Shown: piece after piece, positions 19,438 to 23,907 of the stretch
Position numbering within the stretch: the first letter of the stretch is position 1
Layout of the letters: each line of letters starts with the position of its first letter
Position numbers and translations under genes: made by a program
The notes under the pieces: model-generated
What the model saw: the letters and a program-made list of their open reading frames with translations, nothing else
Database searches by the model: none
Told to the model about the DNA's origin: nothing
NCBI GenBank assembly: GCA_043228905.1
Contig: JBHGNT010000462.1
Location: 1 to 23,907, forward strand
Length of the DNA stretch: 23,907 nucleotides
Reading direction: 5' to 3'
Source: Azolla caroliniana
Taxonomy: Eukaryota > Plantae > Polypodiophyta

Positions 19438-20595
19438 TAAAGATTATTTTTGGAAAAGAAATAGGATAAGGTCAGAGAGATAGTCATAACATCATGTCGT
19501 GATGTAAACATTAATCGATATCATGATCTCACGTCAATACCCCTCTAGACGTATGAGATGAGGTTCAAGATCAGGTTACTATGGTAACACAAAGGTGTTT
19601 CAAAAACCATGGGGGTGACAAATAAATGTCTTTCCCTAATCTCTATATCGATTTTTTCATGCTGGCTCCCCGAGGCTCAACCATGTATGTTTGCGTCATG
19701 AATAGTTTATACACGAAAAAAATGTTAACAATAAACTATGTTTCGGTGCCCACATATGTGGTTTCAGCTCTTTAAGTCCTATTACGAGGACCCCGAGGTG
19801 CACTTAGACCTTAAGTCCAAACATGTGTTATAGTCATATGTATCAAGGATGTTGTATGGTCTTGGTCATATTTGAACTCGAGACCTCAAGAACAAATACA
19901 TTAAACACTTGAGCCAACCAAGTAAGTTGCTCTTCTTGAATGCTTAATGTTTGATGCGTATAAGAGATATGCGAGATCATATATGTTTTTTCTAAAAGAA
20001 CATATATGTCAAGGGTCCTTATTTCGCCCTCATTTACCAAAACTATGTTGGTACGTTACCTAACCTCAAGTCTCGTAATTACGATGGCATACGCCAAAGT
20101 GCAACCTAATGGTCAAGCCAAATGAGCCCTCATTTCGTAGTAGGCTCACGTGGCCCATCACATGGTCACGTCATTACGAATGCCTCTCGTAAGAACGAGC
20201 TCATCGTGGCATCGTATCCATGTAACGAGGGAGGGATGTTGGATACGTGCGTCATTGGAGCGACCTCACTTGAAGTGGGTCAAGCCCTACGTACTCAACA
20301 TCATTATGGCTATCGGCGTTTCTTTACGTAACAAAACCGAGGTCATCAACGGGGTTGTCAACGATAAAAAATTGTTGAAAAAGGGATGGTGGCAACGCCA
20401 TTCTCACAAAAATGTGAGGACGGCCACCAACATCCTTTTCCCGACAAGGACAACTTTCGATATAATCACGTAATAACGAATATACACATATGTTTACTTA
20501 TCACATATATACGACCAAATACGTATATATGTGACCACATATGCCTATATTAAACATATCGTTATATTAAATAGCCACAAATGATGTGATCGAGA

Positions 20596-20860
20596 TACGT
20601 AATCGAGGTATATACCTCTACGCACACGAAACATCCTCAAATAAGAGATCATCGTAATACGCAATTGAGGTATTGACCTCTTACGCATACGAGACCAACC
20701 ACATATCGTTTACAACAAATCAAGGTATTAAACTCATACGCAAACGTAACATATGTTCGTGAACGTAATACGTAATTGAGGTATTAACCTCGTACGCATA
20801 CGACACTCATCACATATTATTAATATGTCAAATGAGGTATTGACCTCGGGCACATATGTA
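20596..20860. repeat. Degenerate tandem repeat (~5 x ~55 bp) in element A 5' UTR
   Basis: Repeated core GAGGTAT(T/A)(G/A/T)ACCTC-TACGCA; alternate units form a ~111-bp higher-order repeat. Confidence 0.75.
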
Positions 20861-21099
20861 AACGTTTTAGATAATCAATTAAAGACCACTACAACATCAT
20901 TGACTTAATGAAAAAAAATGACATATAAACTAAACACATGATTAGATGGGAGAAGAGAGAATAGAAAGAAAAAAAATTATTACGGAAAGAGTTACCGAAG
21001 TTCTTTGTTGATCGTTGTCTGGATCAAGGCCAACCGCACAACGATCGATCAGCATCAATCAAAAGACAAATGAAAAACAAAGAAACATTAGTACATAAA

Positions 21100-21109
21100 T
21101 CTGATACCA
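21100..21109 (-). promoter_or_regulatory. Initiator-Met tRNA primer-binding site
   Basis: TGGTATCAGA on the minus strand, 2 nt inside the LTR. Confidence 0.9.
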
Positions 21110-21111
21110 AA

Positions 21112-21566
21112 TATTAGAGATCTAAGTACTAAAGTAAGCTTAAGATAAGGATAAACAAATGATAGATAGAAAGGAGAAAGAGAAAGAAGGGTGTCGATCC
21201 ACCCGACCACCCCCGAGCGAAGGGATAGAGACGGACTCGAGCCTCGATCGGCGTCCCATACCACCGCCGTGGCGTCAAGTCGTACCTGGTGCTGGCGCAC
21301 TCGCTACAAGAGTTGACCCACCACAAGAGCAGAGTCTCGATGTAGTCAAAAGATGATCAAATGAGGGTAGTTAGGCCTCTTATTTATAGCGATACCCAAG
21401 GCCCCCGGGCAAGTTCACACTTGACCTAATGGGTTGTCTCAATCCCGAGGATTAAAAGTAATCCTCCCGTTCTTTACACTCTCGTTTAACCCTCACACTT
21501 ATCCACGTGTATAGAATACTACGGTAAATTCTCACCACGGGATATTAAATGGTCATGCCCGTAACA
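21112..21566 (-). repeat. Element A 5' LTR (~455 bp)
   Basis: Minus strand TGTTAC...CTAATA (CA end mutated) adjacent to the PBS; CTATAAATA TATA near 21381-21389; composition changes after 21566; partner LTR not in the window. Confidence 0.75.
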
Positions 21567-22314
21567 AAGCTAGAGAAAGGATTTGCATTTTTCAAGCAAG
21601 TCAACTTTGAGGTTCACCTTGGACATTCCGGAAAATAAAGAATAACTAGCCAAAACTTAATGAACCTTTTCTTAAAATTTAGTGGATTTATTTATTTATC
21701 AAGAAATGTGAGATGTTCAAATACTAGGCGGTGTTTCAAAAAAAGTATTAACAACCTTTTTGATGATGATATTATTGTCTCTACCACAAGGTGATAAACC
21801 TAATGTAAAGTTGTTGAGAAATATCTCATAACAAAGATTGACATATTTGATGGCTTGTAATTTTAGACAATGTCATATTTGGAGGTGTAGGAACCCTTAG
21901 TTTGAAAATGTAAATCTGATCATCAAGAAATCAAACCATCATTATTCCCCAAAAACCTCATTTGTGTCAAAGGTTATACATCTACAAATAAATCCTATTT
22001 TTATTGTGTCAATGTTGTTTCCCTAGCTTTCCTAGTGCTTACTTTTGATTAATATGCACATTTGGAACTTTAATAATTGTAAACTTGAATGATAGGGGTG
22101 AGTTGGGTCAAAAAAGTCAAGAGGATCGTTATACAACTTCCCTTGCTTGGGGTTCATATCCAATGGTTGATTTATTTGCTTACATCTTATCAACGATTTC
22201 ATCCTCATGCTCGCTTTATCTCCAATGTGTCTCCCCGAGTCATAAAAATATATTTTTCCACATTGCGCACATCGTATGTAGTGACAAAAGAATTAGCTTC
22301 ATTTTTTAACTAAA

Positions 22315-22400
22315 CATGGTGGTGTATGGATGAATTGTGTGCATCCTATAAACAATGACCTTTGGGACTTATTAGAACAACCAGTGAACAAAACACAACC
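22315..22400 (+). pseudogene. Possible very old Copia RT N-terminal relic
   Basis: W.MDE..AS (frameshift) NNDLWDLLEQP.NK resembles the Copia motif W..AMDEE..SL..N.TWDLVELP.GK. Confidence 0.3.
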
Positions 22401-22908
22401 TCCTAATCATCTATATCTATAATGAAAACACATTGAACTTCTAACTACACCATCCATTATTTTTGGGAAAACATGTTCTTCCCTTTGATTGAAGTCATTT
22501 ATTGTAAACAAATGGAAGGTTGAGATTTTGTAATGGCTTGGCGTGCACTTGTGTTCACTATAATGGTTCAATGAAATTCATGTTGGGTTGCATTGCTTTT
22601 TCATACACCCTTCTCCGTCCATCGATCCATCTCTTCTTAATGCAAGCTAATATGGAACCTAAACAATCGTCAATGCATGCAAATTTTAATATTTTAAAAA
22701 TATAAGAACCAATTTGATTTCCTGTAGTGCCACATGTTAGAATGCTTCTCATCATGACTTGAAAATGAGGTGTTTATTCTCAATAATCACGTATGATATG
22801 GTGGATATGTACGATTTTTTAGGGCAAAGACTCTCAGAATCATTGTAATCTTCAAAATGAATTGGTGTATCAATGGATTTTTCTTATACATGTGATTGAG
22901 AAGAGTGC

Positions 22909-23907
22909 TCAATGTACCTTTAATGCAGTCAAGAGCCCTTTTGACTAAGTTTGTGATTAGACGATTGTTGCCAAGATCAGAATCTTGGAAAGAGATATTT
23001 CTAAATCAGTTGATGCAGTTAAGTCCTAAGACGGGTGGTGTTTGGTCACCCTCTTTAAAATGGTTATTCCTAAATGATGTACAAACACCAAGGTGGGATC
23101 TTGCATCCACTTAATCAACCTCTTCTTGCCAATTCTTTATTTTGGGATAATGCAGGAAAAGTGTTGGGCTTGAGAACTCACCTTGCCTAGGGAAAATTGG
23201 ATAATGGGCTTGTTGCATCTGTAAGAATGTGGAATCATTTTCAGCAAATGTCACAAGATGATCGTCTTGCACAATTACAATCAATTCATGGTGCCAAGAT
23301 AATGACCGCTAGTATATCAGCATCATATTCTTCGTTTTCTACAATCTTTCAACACACGAAGGAACATATGTGGTTTGGATGCTTCATAAATGTCACCTTG
23401 GTGGCTGTCAAGGCAGTTTCACCTAACGGGTGCGTTTCTTACTTTAAGGTCCTAGACAATCATACATTACAACCTTACACCTTAGAGTGTAGTTATCTAC
23501 AACACTTGTGAAGCGCACTAGTTAGAGTCGTTGCTAAATTTGGAAAGAAATGGATGCTTGATCCTTATCCTTCAATTGCTCATACATGTGATATGTTGTG
23601 GTTATATGCAAAAGACCCGGTTGCAAGATTAACATGGGATCCAGGGGGCTGGTTTTGGTCACATTCCTTGGGGGAACAAATCATAAAGGTTCCTTTCTGT
23701 CCATACTCAGTAAAACTTGGAAGAGCACTATTGCTTTCTCGGAATGCAAGGATACCAGCAGCTCTGAAACATTGGACCACTTGGGGGGTCTCAACTTTGC
23801 ATTTGAAAACCTACTAGAAATGGATTTTGGTCATTCAAGGGGCCAACTAAATTTATTCTCTTCAGATGGCTATTAGTGCATATGGCCTTACCAGTTGGTC
23901 ACTCATT
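22909..23907 (+). pseudogene. LINE (L1-like) ORF2 fragment downstream of RT, running into a zf-RVT-like region
   Basis: QSRALLTK...LLP.SESWK; at the end Y*KWILVIQGPTKFILFRWLLVHMALPVG resembles W..IW....P.K...F.W...H..LP; disrupted frames. Confidence 0.65.

Larger units (their letters stand above)
6546..21566 (-). mobile_element. Ty3/Gypsy chromovirus-like host element A (chimeric A1+A2), interrupted by element B and by the Copia
   Basis: 5' LTR, Met-i PBS and gag-PR-RT-RH order on the minus strand. RT motifs [25 protein letters not shown] and [10 protein letters not shown] are typical of chromoviruses. Integrase and chromodomain are not in the window. Confidence 0.82.

Noticed and set aside
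21567-22900. Host gene exons
   Set aside because: AT-rich, only short ORFs, no coherent splice structure or domain; probably decayed repeats.

Overview
Eukaryotic, very probably land-plant, repeat-dense DNA; no intact host gene is visible. It is a nest of decayed transposons. (A) A minus-strand Ty3/Gypsy chromovirus-like host (5' LTR 21112-21566, Met-i PBS, gag-PR-RT) that is itself a chimera of two related families and runs down to 6546. (B) A near-complete minus-strand non-chromoviral (Athila/Tat-like) Gypsy at 7975-16672 with two LTRs, gag, pol and a ~2 kb extra coiled-coil ORF. (C) A plus-strand Tnt1-like Ty1/Copia (integrase tail-RT-RNase H, PPT, 3' LTR 6260-6545) inserted into A's RNase H; its 5' part is replaced in frame by a coiled-coil/TQT-repeat ORF relic. 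(D) A 2.3 kb TIR DNA element with a 4-bp TSD inserted into the Copia RT; it carries an array of palindromes and an apparent spliced mini-gene. (E) A LINE ORF2 fragment at the right edge. Strongest novelty candidates: element B has a tRNA primer-binding-site-like sequence inside both LTRs on opposite strands and no polypurine tract (possible tRNA-primed second strand); the extra ORFs carry LC8-type TQT motifs; and element D has unusual termini and content. All alignments were done by eye and no searches were run.
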